The notes: generated from the sequence alone by a model not told the origin. 24,847 nucleotides of DNA from Piromyces finnis finn (GCA_002104945.1 MCFH01000146.1:1-24847); one strand, 5' to 3'; shown: positions 10,191-21,893, numbered from the stretch's first letter. Numbers and translations are program-made.

Positions 10191-13100
10191 TTATTTTCAT
10201 TTCCTGATTTACTTTGAAGTCTTGATAAAGCATCAGCTATAACATTCTTCCTCCCCTCTTCATATAAGACTTTTAACCTTCAAAATGCTGAAACTCTGTT
10301 ATCCATTTAACATGACGACTTGATGAGGGTTCTTTTACTATTAAAAATATAGACCAAAGGTTTATGATCAGTATACAACAATGTTTCAAGATTGTTGCCA
10401 GTTATAATGGTTTGAATTTACACACACAGTAAAAGCAGCTAATCCTTCAAGTTCAGTAATACTATAATTTAATTCTGAATTAGATAATGTTCTACTTTCA
10501 AAATAGAGAGGTTTTTCAAAGCCGTCATTATCTAATTGAATAAGTAAACCACCTATTCCTGATTTAGATGCATCAGTACGTATTATAAATTGTTTATTGA
10601 AATCTGGAGGAGTAAGAATAGGTGCGATAGCTAATTTATTTTTTAGAGTATCAAAAGCATTATTAGAAATAACATTCCATTCAAATGTAACATTCTTTTT
10701 TGTTAGATTCATATAAAGGTTTGGCTACTTGAGCAAAGTTAGAAATGAACTTTCTATAATAACCAATAGCACCTAAAAACGAACGTAATTGTTTAATATT
10801 TTTAGGCGGTAGCCAATTAATAATAACTTGAACTTTAGAATCAATAGGCTTAATACCTTTAGTAGAAAGAGTGTGACCAAGTAGTTCCACTTCTTCTTTA
10901 AAAAAATGACATTTCTCTACATTAATTTTTAAACCGTTATTATGTAAATTTTAAAAAACCTTTTTGATGTCTTCATAATGTTGCTCCAATGAATTAGAAT
11001 AAATAACAAGGTCATCTATATAAACAAATACACATACACCAATTAAATCAAAAATATACGATTCATTTCACGTTGAAAAGTGGCCGGTGCATTACAAAGT
11101 CCAAAAGGCATAACTTGGAAATTAAAATTTCCATATATGGTAGTGAAGCAAGTTATGTCTCTATCATCAGGATGCATAGGTATTTGATGATAACCCGAAA
11201 ACAAATCAATAGTAGATAAAATAGTAGCATTACCCAATAGTATAAATATCATCATACAAGGGAAGTGCATATGCATCTTTTATAGTGCAATTATTTACCT
11301 TTCTATAGTCAACACACATTCTTATTTGATTATTCTTCTTAGGTACTAAGACTACTGGGGATGACCATGACGAACTAGAAGGAACAATTAATTTATTATC
11401 AATAGCTTAATTAATTCATTTTTTAATGCATCAGCTTGCACTTTAGATAATCTATATGCATGTTGTTTAATAGGTTGGGTTCCAGGAACTAATTTATTCT
11501 ATGTGGCATTAATTTAGAATGACCTAAATCATCTGTCTTTATTGCCACTACATCTCTATACTCAGAAAATAGTTGCTTTATATTATTTCTACTATCAATA
11601 GGTATTTCATTTATTATATCATTTATAATAAGCTGCTTCTTATCACTACCATTATTATTAGAAATATTAGAAGAGATATCTTCTTTGACAATTGATATAA
11701 AAACAGGAAGTGGACTAGAACAGGAATTTTTAAATAAAGCATTATCATCAGATTTATAACTATTTTTAGTAGTAATATTATTAGGAACATAAGATATATT
11801 ACTTTCACAGTTATTTATAAAATCAGAAACTCTTAAATTGGAAATTTTATCAGGAGCATTATTATTAGAACACACATTATTAAATTTACTCAACTCGTAC
11901 TCTATATAGTTTTTATCATCATCTTTATTAATATTATTTGAATTATTAAAATTTACATCATAGAGTAAATGTGTTAATTTAATACATTCATTATTATTAT
12001 TAACATGTAATAAAGAATCGTCAACTAAATTTAAAATAAAATTATTTCTTTTCAATGTAGCAATTCCAACAAGTACATCAAAGATATCATCTTTTTCTAC
12101 CTCTCTAAAGTGATCTGTAAATGTGTGATTTCCAATTGTAATCTTAAGTTCATAGATATTTGAATCAATAGAACTATTTGAGTACACTTGAAATATCTTT
12201 TCAGATACTCTACCAACTGGTAATTTCTTGATATTGAATTTCTTTAGTGCAGCAGTAGTAATTAGGTTTACACTAGCACAAGAATCTAAGAATATTTCCG
12301 ATGGTCGATTTTCTATAAATCCATTAACCTTAATGACTTTATGACTTCCAATAACAGTCATAACATTTATTAGAGATTTCTTATCAATTTCTTTTAATTT
12401 CAAAGCTTTAATAAATTCGGATCTAAATTTCGGAAATAAATCTAAAAGATAACCTAACTTTGTTACTACATCAGTAGAGGCAACTTCTTTTATTAAATCA
12501 TTGATTTTGAAATCATCAATTAATTCCATCATTTTAATATGTTTTTCTAATTTTGGATTACTAGTTTTTACTCAGAGATTGGATTTCTTTATACTATCAT
12601 TTAAATTATCTTTATTTCATTTAATTTTTCTTGTTTACTTAATTTTTTTGCATTTGAAATATTGGGTTTATTTATAACAGACAAATCTAAGTAATTTAAT
12701 TTATTTGTTTTACTAGTATCATTAGTGGTTTCTAAGACTTTATCACTTTTGTTATTTCCTTTGTTAATATTATCATCTAAAACTATTATTTCTGATTCTT
12801 TAATTGATTTCACATCTTCAGAAATGATACCTGTTTTTCCTTCTTTGGATTATTATCTGGACTTTTATTTTCATTCATAGTATTGGTTTCAATAGTTTCC
12901 TCTAATGTGGTATCTTCATCCATAGCTACGCTTTTATTAGTTTTATTATTGTTCATTTTCCGTTTAGCTAATTTTAAAGCAGGTGTGCTAAAGGAATAGG
13001 GTTTTCTTTTAATTTTCTTTCGGTATCTTTAAATGGTGTTAACCTTTTAGACTTATTTAATTTTTCATTCTTCTGAGTAACAGCTACCACTTCATTATCT

Positions 13101-13531
13101 TCACCTATATGGCAGTACTCATTTTTATTTTCTTGTTGTCTATCATAATATTGTTCTTTTATATTTAATGTCTTACAATTTCTTATCATATTATTATTAT
13201 TAGATGTACAACTTCTATCACACCCACAAGAATTATTTAATATTCCATAATCTTTCTCATAAACATTATTGTTGTTTTCCTTGTACTTATCATTATCTTT
13301 ATTAATATTATTAATATTGTTACATTTATATTCGTTGATATTATTATAAATATTTTCACAATTTATATTAAAATCTTTATTATTATTATTATCATCATAA
13401 TTATTATACTTAGTAGCATAAACATCATAGTTATTTTCATCATATATATAGTTATCCTTATTATCACTAATATCATAATTATTATCATTGTGTTTAATAT
13501 CATAAACATAAGTATTATTGTCATATATATA

Positions 13532-13559
13532 ATTATTATTATTATTAATATCATAAGAA

Positions 13560-13597
<38 letters not shown>

Positions 13598-13606
13598 ATC
13601 ATAAGA

Positions 13607-13636
<30 letters not shown>
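13532..13636. repeat. Compound (ATT)n microsatellite encoding poly-Asn blocks separated by SYDI
   Basis: ATT runs interrupted twice by AATATCATAAGA; translates as N(n)-SYDI-N(n)-SYDI-N(n) in ORF 12974-13747. Confidence 0.9.
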
Positions 13637-13637
<1 letters not shown>

Positions 13638-13789
13638 GTATCATTATAAATAAAATTAGTATTAGGATTGTTGTTAAAATTAACATTATGACTATCATAG
13701 AAATAATTATTCCCATTTAGTTCATTATTATTATTATGAACATACATAATATTTTCATTTATTTCATCATTTGAATCAAAAGAATTGCC

Positions 13790-13840
13790 AAACTTGGTTT
13801 GATTACTGGGAGTTGTCCTTCTCCCATAGACTAGTTTAAA
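13790..13840 (-). promoter_or_regulatory. Predicted -1 ribosomal frameshift signal (element B gag-pol)
   Basis: Minus strand reads TTTAAAC tagtcta TGGGAG aaggacaa CTCCCA. The -1 frame (FKLVYGRRTTPSNQ...NIMYVH) runs into ORF 12974-13747. Confidence 0.85.
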
Positions 13841-15286
13841 TTATTTGATTCAGATGGATTGTTTAAATTTATTTTGGTTGCTTTATTGTAATTATTTTCT
13901 GGTAAGGTCTTACTATAATAATTATTATAATATTGATTATTTAATTGATTAGGGTAATTATTATTAATATTGTTCCTGTTATCACTATCATTAATGTTGT
14001 TCCTCATATTATTCTTATTAACATTACTGACGTTATTAAATGTATTATTGTTCATTGTGTTGTTTTTATTATAACTATTAAAACCATTATTATTATATCC
14101 ATTATATCCAATAGTATTATTATAATTATTGTAGCTATTATATTATTACTTTCATTATAATTGTAATTTCCATTTGGATTAAAATTACCTTTCTTATAAT
14201 CATTATTGGTGTACATATAATAATTGTTATTCATATTATTATAGTTATTTTTATGATAATAATCCATATAATTATTTTCATTAATATTTCTATTATCCTT
14301 TTGGTTGTTGTTATTAGTATTAGTGTTAAATCCATTTAAATAACTATTATTGTTGTAATTATTGTTATCATTATTATTATATAAATTTCCATATCTGTTA
14401 TAAGAATTTCTTTGATTATTAAATTGATTAAAATTATTGAAATTATTGAAATTATTTCTTTCTCTTTTATTTGGGCATTCACTAGCTTTATGTCTCATTT
14501 GCTTGCAATAGTAACATCTGATACTCCGGAAGTTACTATTATTAAAGTACACATTTTCATAATTTCTTGGGATACCTGGATAGGATCTTCCGATAGGCTT
14601 TTCTTGTACATAATTTGAATAAGAGTTATTAAAATTGCTATGGTTAATATTAACATTATCATCATCTACTAATCCTCTATATAACGGATGGTTTAACAAA
14701 ACATTTCGAGTATTTTTTGTATTTTGGTATACCATAGAAATATTGTTAGTTTCAGTACTTTCTAGGGTTCTTCTTTCGGCTTTCTCAGCCTTTTCAGCAA
14801 CTTTAAAAGCTTCAGATAATGTTTCACATTCGGCTAATATAACTTGGGAGTGTGGATAAACTCTTTTCTTAATAGAGTTTAAATAGTCATCCACAGAAAT
14901 AATTTTCATAAAATCTCTTTCCAAGCGGTGGTAAAGAGTTAAGTATTTATAGTTGAAGCTTTTTATAGTTTCATTTTGTTTAATTTTTAATGTTTTTAAT
15001 ACTGAACATTTATCCCCTGGTTTTATTTCCAGATAATCTTCAATAGCAGATTGTACCTCTTTATAAGTAGGATACCTTTTAACGTTATTATGAGAGGTAC
15101 ATAAGATTTCAAAACATTCTTGATATCCGCTTCAACGGCAACTTTTAACCACACAAATATTCTAGAGGGCTCTTGTATATCATGGATCTCCATGACACTT
15201 ATAAAATCCTCCATCCAAGAATCAATATCCTTTCCATAATCGCAGAGGTATGGAAGGTCTCTTTTTACTTTAGTGGCGTCAACCAT
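13831..15286 (-). CDS. gag: Element B Gag (frameshifted in this sequence), CCHC knuckle followed by an Asn-rich tail
   Basis: ORFs 15023-15286, 14052-14924 and 13831-14055 join by small frameshifts. Knuckle CYYCKQMRHKASEC at 14475-14516; capsid-like segment DIDSWMEDF. Confidence 0.88.
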
Positions 15287-15517
15287 TTTAATTATTTATT
15301 TATTTTAAAATAAATTTATATAATAACTTCTTATATATTATTGTTATAATATTTTATATATATAATAATATTTGTGTATAATTAATAGTTTTATAGTAGA
15401 AAGTTTTATTTATATAAAGAACTTATTTTAATTAAAAGTAATAAAATAAATAAAAAAAATAAATATAATTAGAATAGAAATAATACTATTAATGTTTCAT
15501 ATTATTCAATATTGCTA

Positions 15518-15535
15518 CGCCCGGATTCTCCACCA
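15518..15535 (-). promoter_or_regulatory. Primer binding site of element B (tRNA-Ala type, 18 nt)
   Basis: Minus strand TGGTGGAGAATCCGGGCG; 7 nt from the LTR. Confidence 0.82.
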
Positions 15536-15542
15536 AATTTTA

Positions 15543-16292
15543 TGATGCAATATATTTCAAAAACACCATAAATAAAATATAATTATGAACGTTAGCAATA
15601 GGGAATGATATATGAATAATATATTAGTTAATATTGTATTTATTTCTATTTTATAATAATAAAAATAAATAATAAAATAATAAATTTTATAATAATATAA
15701 TTAAATAGATTTTGGTTTAAAGATTCTTTATTTAATTAGTATTATTATTATGATTATAACATTAATAACATTCAATACTAATAGGATCGAAAGTTATTAT
15801 TGAATAAATATAAATAGTAAAATATAATGTGAAATATAAAAATATGTTGATAAAAGTATTATTAATGATAAAATATAACTTTTCTGAAATAATAAAAATA
15901 AACAATAAATATTCTTTTCTTTTATAATTAATATTTAAACGGAATGAAATATAATAAATACTAAATACGTAATTATTAACCTAAAACTAACTTAAACTAA
16001 AACTATTAATATAAAATAAAATAAAACTAATACTTAAAACTAAATATCAAATATTATTTATAAATGAAAAGTTCTCCCTCCTTTGATATCTTCTGCTTTA
16101 ACACTCCCTTTTATATCTTTTCCTTTCTTGTGTAACTAATTATTCTAATGTATGTGTAACATTTGCGTCATAATAATTTACTAATATAGTTTAATTATTA
16201 TTATCATTAGTAATTGATATACAATTTATAAAAGGATTAGATATTATTCATAAATATTTAAAATATTATATTTTTCTATGCATCTTGTATCA
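15543..16292 (-). repeat. 5' LTR of element B (750 bp)
   Basis: TGATGCAA...TTGTATCA; repeat of 7709-8425; adjacent to the PBS. Confidence 0.95.
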
Positions 16293-16296
16293 ACAA

Positions 16297-17010
16297 TGTT
16301 ATGGTTCGAGGAATTTAGTTTTATTTATAAAATATTAATAAATTTATCAATACTCAAAAATAATATTAAAATTAATAAGAAAATTGTTTTATTAATAAGT
16401 TTGTTTTATTAAAATATTAAGAATATATAATTACAAAAATAAAAATAAAAATAAAAATAAAATTATCTCTCTCTTCTAATTCTTATAATATACACCTTTT
16501 TATACCTTTTGTAGAAATTTAAGTAGTGTTAATTAAAAGAATTAGACTTTAATTATTACATTAAATTTTGTATTTAAATTACTTTTAATTAATAATAAAA
16601 TTACATTACTATTATAATAAATAATTATACATATTATTGAATTGATTAACATACATTAAAAGTTTACTTCACATATATTTAACTAAAGAATTTTACTATT
16701 TTACAGAAATATTATTCATAATTTTAATTAATAAAAATTCATTAACTTGATAAATTAAACTAAAAGTTCAATAAACTATAATTTCAATATATTATTATTA
16801 CTTTATTATTACTAAATTAATTTTTAAATTTAATAAAATAAAATTTAAGTTTAATAAAATAATCATTAATAAATTTAAATATAATTTTCATGTATACATT
16901 AATTTACAAATTAGAATATTGTAAAGTTTTCATACATTTAGGAACAATAATGGATTAGGTCATAATCATTAATTATGACAAAAATAACATTATTTGTTGG
17001 TTCCTTAACA
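16297..17010 (-). repeat. 3' LTR of element C (714 bp)
   Basis: TGTTATGG...CCTTAACA (7/8 terminal inverted repeat); repeat of 23065-23773. Confidence 0.95.
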
Positions 17011-17022
17011 AGTGCCCCCACG
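17011..17022 (-). promoter_or_regulatory. Polypurine-tract-like site of element C
   Basis: Minus strand CGTGGGGG-CACT before the TG of the 3' LTR; same GTGGGGGC core as element B. Confidence 0.6.
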
Positions 17023-17033
17023 AAGACTCTTGC

Positions 17034-20000
17034 TTACGTAAAAGCAGAGTTAAACTTTACAATGTTCTTAAGATGAACATTTCGATTCATCTGCATTCCA
17101 GTGGATATATCAGCTAATGTAATCGTATTAAATTGTTTCTTGACAACTTTGAGTGGTCCAACAAAATAAGGCTCTAACTTTGTTCGGTTAAAATTTCTAA
17201 CTAATACTAGATCACCGATCTGGATATTTTTGCCCTTGGTCATACTTTGTTTTTCTTCCCTTCTAGCAACCCAGTACTTATTTGCATTTTTAATATTCTC
17301 ACAAGCTTCTAACGTCCACCTGTAATGATTAATAAACTTCTCAAGTAAGATTCATCCGAAGACTGATTAGTACCCTTAGTAGGTCTAGCAGCAATATCAA
17401 AGGGTTGCTGATCCTCTCGTCCATAGACTAATTCAAAGCTAGAGTGGTTCGTGACAGTATTTTTAGTAGTTCTAAGCGCCATAGGGCAGAAGGCAAAACT
17501 TCATCCCAATCCTTGTTTTCTGTTCCAAGTAATCTTAGAAGCTTTCCAATTTCTTTATTTCTATTTTCAGTCAAACCATTACTTTCTGGGTGATAGGTTG
17601 ATACAACCTTACATAAACATCATATAAATCAAGAAAACCTTTGTCATATCGGATGTAAATTGGACACCATTATCAGTGGTAATAACCTGTGGTACTCCAT
17701 GTCGAGAGAAGACGTTGATTTAAAAATTTTATAACATCTTTTGAGGTAATACTTGCAGTGGGTTCGGCTTCAACCCACTTTGTGAAATGATCGACTGCCA
17801 CTATAATATATTGATTATTATTACGAGTTTTTACTAACGGCCCAATGATATCTAAGCCCAGATGGGTGAAGGGAGCTTCAACTTCAGTTGGAAGATTTCT
17901 ATAGGTTCTGGATACGGTTGAGGGCGATTAAGTTGACATTTTTCACATTTTGCTACAACTCGTCGAATATCGTTAACCATATCATTCCAATAATAGCTTT
18001 TTCTCAGACGTTGATAAGTTTTATAATATCCTTCATGTCCAATGTTATGAGCATCCAAATTAATTTCAGCTTCTCATTAGTTTCTGTGATCAGTTTTCGA
18101 TAATTCCTTCCATCAATAAAGTAATCCCACCATCTATTTTGGTGAACTTTTCTTCCACAAATTCTTTAATTACCCTAGATAGCATGGTCTCTTCTATACC
18201 TTTATTAATTTTCGCAGCTATTACTTTTTTATCTTTTTTATTTTCATTCGAGACAGTGCATCTGCCACAACATTCTTTTTACCTTGTTCATAAGAATATC
18301 AATCCTAGCTACTAGCTGTTAAACACATCTCGTTTGTCTTGCATTGTTTGGCTCCTTATTCTTAATAATCCAATTAATGGTTTATGATCAGTATAGACGA
18401 TAGTCTTAAATGGACTTCCCATTATATAAGGCTTTAATTTAGTAATACAGTAAAATAATGCAGTTCTTCTAAGTCAGTAATTCCATAATTCTTTTCTGCT
18501 TTTGTCAGACTTCGGCTAATATAATGAATTGGATGTTCAATATCTGTGCTTCCTTTGTAATAATACTCCTCCGATCCTTCATACGATGCATCCGTTCGAA
18601 TTATAAATTCTTTCTCAAAATCAGGGAATTTCAAAATAGGCGCATTGATTAACTTTTCTTTCAATATAATAAAACTCTCTTGTTGTTCATTACACCAATT
18701 AAAAGGAACACCTTTCTAAGTAGTTTACATAAAGGAGCAGTAAGTTTGGCATAATTAGAAATAAAATCTCTATAATATCCAATTGAACCTAAGAATGATC
18801 TTAATTCATGGATATTTGAAGGAGGTTTCCAACTTTTTATAGCTTGGATTTTGCTATCTAATGGTTTAAGACCTTCTGTAGTTAACGATGTCCTAAACAT
18901 CAACTTCAGTTTGCATAAATGGCATTTTTCATATGATTTTTAATTTGTTTTCCGGAAGATTGCTAAAATTGATTTATATGTTCAATATGTTCTTCAATAT
19001 TTTTTGAATAAATCAGGATATTCAATGAAGTTATAAACACTTTTCCAATTAATGGAACAGAATCCGATTATTTCCTCTGAAATGTAGCGGGTGCACCGGT
19101 GAGACCAAAAGGATAACCTTGAATTGATAATTCCAAACTTCGTTGTAAACTTGTCAGTTTCAATGCTTTCTTCATCCATAAGGATTTGGTGATAACCGGA
19201 ATATAAATCCATCGTAGTGAATATAGTTGCACCATGTAAACTATCAAATATCTATCTATGAAAGGAATCGATAGGCATCCTTTTCAGACAAATCATTAAC
19301 TTTCGATAATCCACGCACATTCTCCATTTCCCATTGTGCTTCGGGACCAAAACCACCGGAGAAGACCATTCCGAATACGATGGCTCAATTAGCTTTTTAT
19401 TAATCAATTTAGACAATTTTCCTTAAGTATATCCGATTTGAACTTGGCTAACTATACATCTTTGTTTAATTGGCTTTGCTCCTGGCTTTAATTAATTTTT
19501 ATGAGTGTTAATTTCGAAGGTGTTATTCTTTAGAGAAGTAGCAATTATTTCATATCTCTTCCAATATCCGAACATTTGTTCTCGATACTTTCATTAAGAG
19601 TCTCAGTAAATTTTTATTGTGAATATTTGAAGGGGGTAAACTTCAATTTTTTTTTAAATCATTTTAAATTTCATCACCGACTCTTCGTATCATACACATA
19701 ACCTTTTCCTCTCATCATTTTATTATTAATTGGAGCAATATCTTCAACAAATCCATTGAGTTAACATCTGCAAAGACTATAGCGAAGTGGGTGGATGAAT
19801 AAGTTATTATCCATTGGGTTTTAGTTGATTAGCATATCATAAAGGGGTCTTCTTTATCCACCACTCTAAAATCAGCAGTAATGGTAAGGTCATTTATCTG
19901 GACCGGTACCCTAATAATTATGCCTTCCGAATAGTCATCATTTTTAGTAGCTAACGTATTCTTCCACAACTTAATCCAATAGATTCATATTGATGGGGAA

Positions 20001-21024
20001 GTTTATCTAAATATTTCTTTGTTTATAATACTTAAGTTGCTACAAGATAACTAATAATTTACCTGGTACTCCATCAACCGTTGCATCTACCATAGCAATA
20101 TCTTCTTCTGATACTTCTTTACTTTTGCTTACATACGAATGATCTACATTATTTACTAATACAGAAGTAGCATTAAATTATCCAGAGCTCCCACAATTTT
20201 GTGTCATTCTTTTCCAGTTTAAGACCTTCTGACACTTGCTTTCGTAACTTTGGAGGCCGAGTTAAGTAATTGACAAAGGTAATATTGCATTTTGTTTCAT
20301 TAAGATCTTTACCACATTATATTCTTCCGAGTCTGCTATCATTGGATATTTCTAGCAGTTTCTTACCTTCGATCCGCAGGTTTTTCTTTCTTTTGCTCTG
20401 TCATTAGTTTATTTAGAGTTGAATTAGAAGTAGGTCTGGTTGATTCACTTGGATATCATTCTCTACCACCTTAGCATTTTTTTTATCTGTATTTGCAGAT
20501 AATATTTCTTCTTCATCATAGTCGATGATGATAAGATCTTCATCCGGGCTTGTCGATTTCCTCTTTCCTTCTTCTTTTTGTTCACTACTACTAGCACGCT
20601 CTATATCCCGAAGTTTTCTTTCTTTTAGTTTTTGTTTTCTAATATTCGGTTGAGAAATGATAGAAGGATGCATTTGCTTTAAAGAAAAATCTATAGGTAT
20701 ATTTTCCAATTCTTGTGCTTTACCTTTTCTAAGAGCAGGTGTAAGAATAGGTCTAGGATCATTTTTTAAGCTTTTGTGAAGTCGTTTTTCTTTATTATCA
20801 TCTTGTTCTTTGCCTATTTTATCCAACTTTCTTTTATTAGCACATACAAGGAAATTTTCATTAATATCAGTATCTTCAAAGTCACTTTCGTTTTCTCCAT
20901 CCTCATCATCATCTTTCGACCAATCACTCTGGCTTGTTGTTTCTTCACTCGACATTGACTGATACTGAATTGAAGCTATTTTATTGACGATGGGAGTGCT
21001 TCTTCTCCCACTTAATGATTTAAA
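17034..21024 (-). pseudogene. pol: Element C pol (PR ~19900-20100, RT ~18950-19500, RNase H ~18250-18700, IN 17034-18100), frameshifted in this sequence
   Basis: MVDATVDGVPGKLLV (PR); MDLYSGYHQI (RT); RTDASYEG and YTDHKPL (RNase H); AHNIGHEG...KCEKC, HLGLDIIGP, and GDLVLVRNFNRTKLEPYFVGP (GPY/F) (IN). Confidence 0.93.
20972..21024 (-). promoter_or_regulatory. Predicted -1 ribosomal frameshift signal with pseudoknot (element C gag-pol)
   Basis: Minus strand reads TTTAAAT cattaag TGGGAG aaGAAGCa CTCCCA, 14 nt, GCTTC. The -1 frame (FKSLSGRRSTP...QSMSSEE) runs into ORF 20413-20955. Confidence 0.87.
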
Positions 21025-21893
21025 TGATTGTCATAATAACGCTTCTTGTTTCCTTCAATAATGGCTTGAAGTTTTGGGCAATTTTGTTGATAATGACCAG
21101 GTTCGCTACAGAAGAAACAAGCTTTAATTGTTAAATTCTTCATTTTCTTGACTAAGTTATCCATTTCATCATCTTTATTAGGCTTTTTGGATTCAGTAAA
21201 AGAAACTTTTCTCTTGTATGGTTGAAAATGATTATAACTTTTGGTCATTGCAGTAGTCGTTGGTATATTACCATCATTATCTATTCTAGTAGATAACCTA
21301 TCTACCTTCTCAGCTATCTTAAAGGCCTTTTCTAGGGTGATATCATCTTTTAAAGATACTTTTCTCCATGCTTCTTTATTATTTTGTAAAGAATCAGCAT
21401 AATCTAACACACTAATCTGCTTCTTCTTTTTCTTATCCAACTTTAAATATAAAGATCTATATCTTCTATTAAAATCTTTCACTGATTCATTTCTTCTTAT
21501 ACGTAGTCTTCTTAGTTCTCGTAACAACATACTTTGATCTTCTTTTAACCCATAAAATGTTTCAAGGGCATTGATAATCTTCCCAAGTGAAGGGTAAACT
21601 TCTTCATTAGATTCATCTTCTGGGTTTTCTTCATCATTTTCATTTTCATAATCATCTTCACCATCACTATCCTTTTCTTCTAACTCTTGTATTACCTTTC
21701 TGGGTTCACCTTTAGAAGTAAGGACACATGCCATGTAAATTTCCCTTGCATTAGTGATATCTTGAAGTTCAATCCATAAACATATTTCAGAAGCCCAGGA
21801 TTTTACGTCCAAATTATCTTTGGAAAGCTTTTCTATATCCTTGAGTTCTTTCTTTAATTCTTTAAAATCAATTCTTGAAGTAGAATTCCTCAT
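21012..21893 (-). CDS. gag: Element C Gag, 293 aa, intact, with CCHC zinc knuckle
   Basis: Uninterrupted ORF; capsid-like region with an acidic insert; CFFCSEPGHYQQNC at 21078-21119. Confidence 0.93.
   Translation of the reverse strand: MRNSTSRIDFKELKKELKDIEKLSKDNLDVKSWASEICLWIELQDITNAREIYMACVLTSKGEPRKVIQELEEKDSDGEDDYENENDEENPEDESNEEVYPSLGKIINALETFYGLKEDQSMLLRELRRLRIRRNESVKDFNRRYRSLYLKLDKKKKKQISVLDYADSLQNNKEAWRKVSLKDDITLEKAFKIAEKVDRLSTRIDNDGNIPTTTAMTKSYNHFQPYKRKVSFTESKKPNKDDEMDNLVKKMKNLTIKACFFCSEPGHYQQNCPKLQAIIEGNKKRYYDNHLNH

Larger units (their letters stand above)
8479..13840 (-). pseudogene. pol: Element B pol (Asn-rich spacer, PR ~12100-12330, RT ~10900-11500, RNase H ~10250-10700, Asn-rich linker, IN ~8479-9500), frameshifted and with an integrase deletion
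   Basis: IFLDSCASVNL (PR); IDLFSGYHQI, VMPFGLCNAPATFQR and FVYIDDLVI at 11011-11022 (RT); RTDASKSGIGG (RNase H); AHSIGHEG, VGLDLIGP, GDLVLIRNFNRRKLDPY (IN). Confidence 0.93.
7709..16292 (-). mobile_element. Full-length Ty3/Gypsy LTR retrotransposon B (Asn-rich family)
   Basis: Paired LTRs at 7709-8425 and 15543-16292, PBS, PPT-like tract, gag-pol. Flanks ACAT/ACAA (possible 4-bp TSD with one mismatch). Confidence 0.96.

Noticed and set aside
13363-13720. Poly-Ile/Met ORFs on both strands that resemble membrane proteins
   Set aside because: Alternative-frame translations of the (AAT)n microsatellite.
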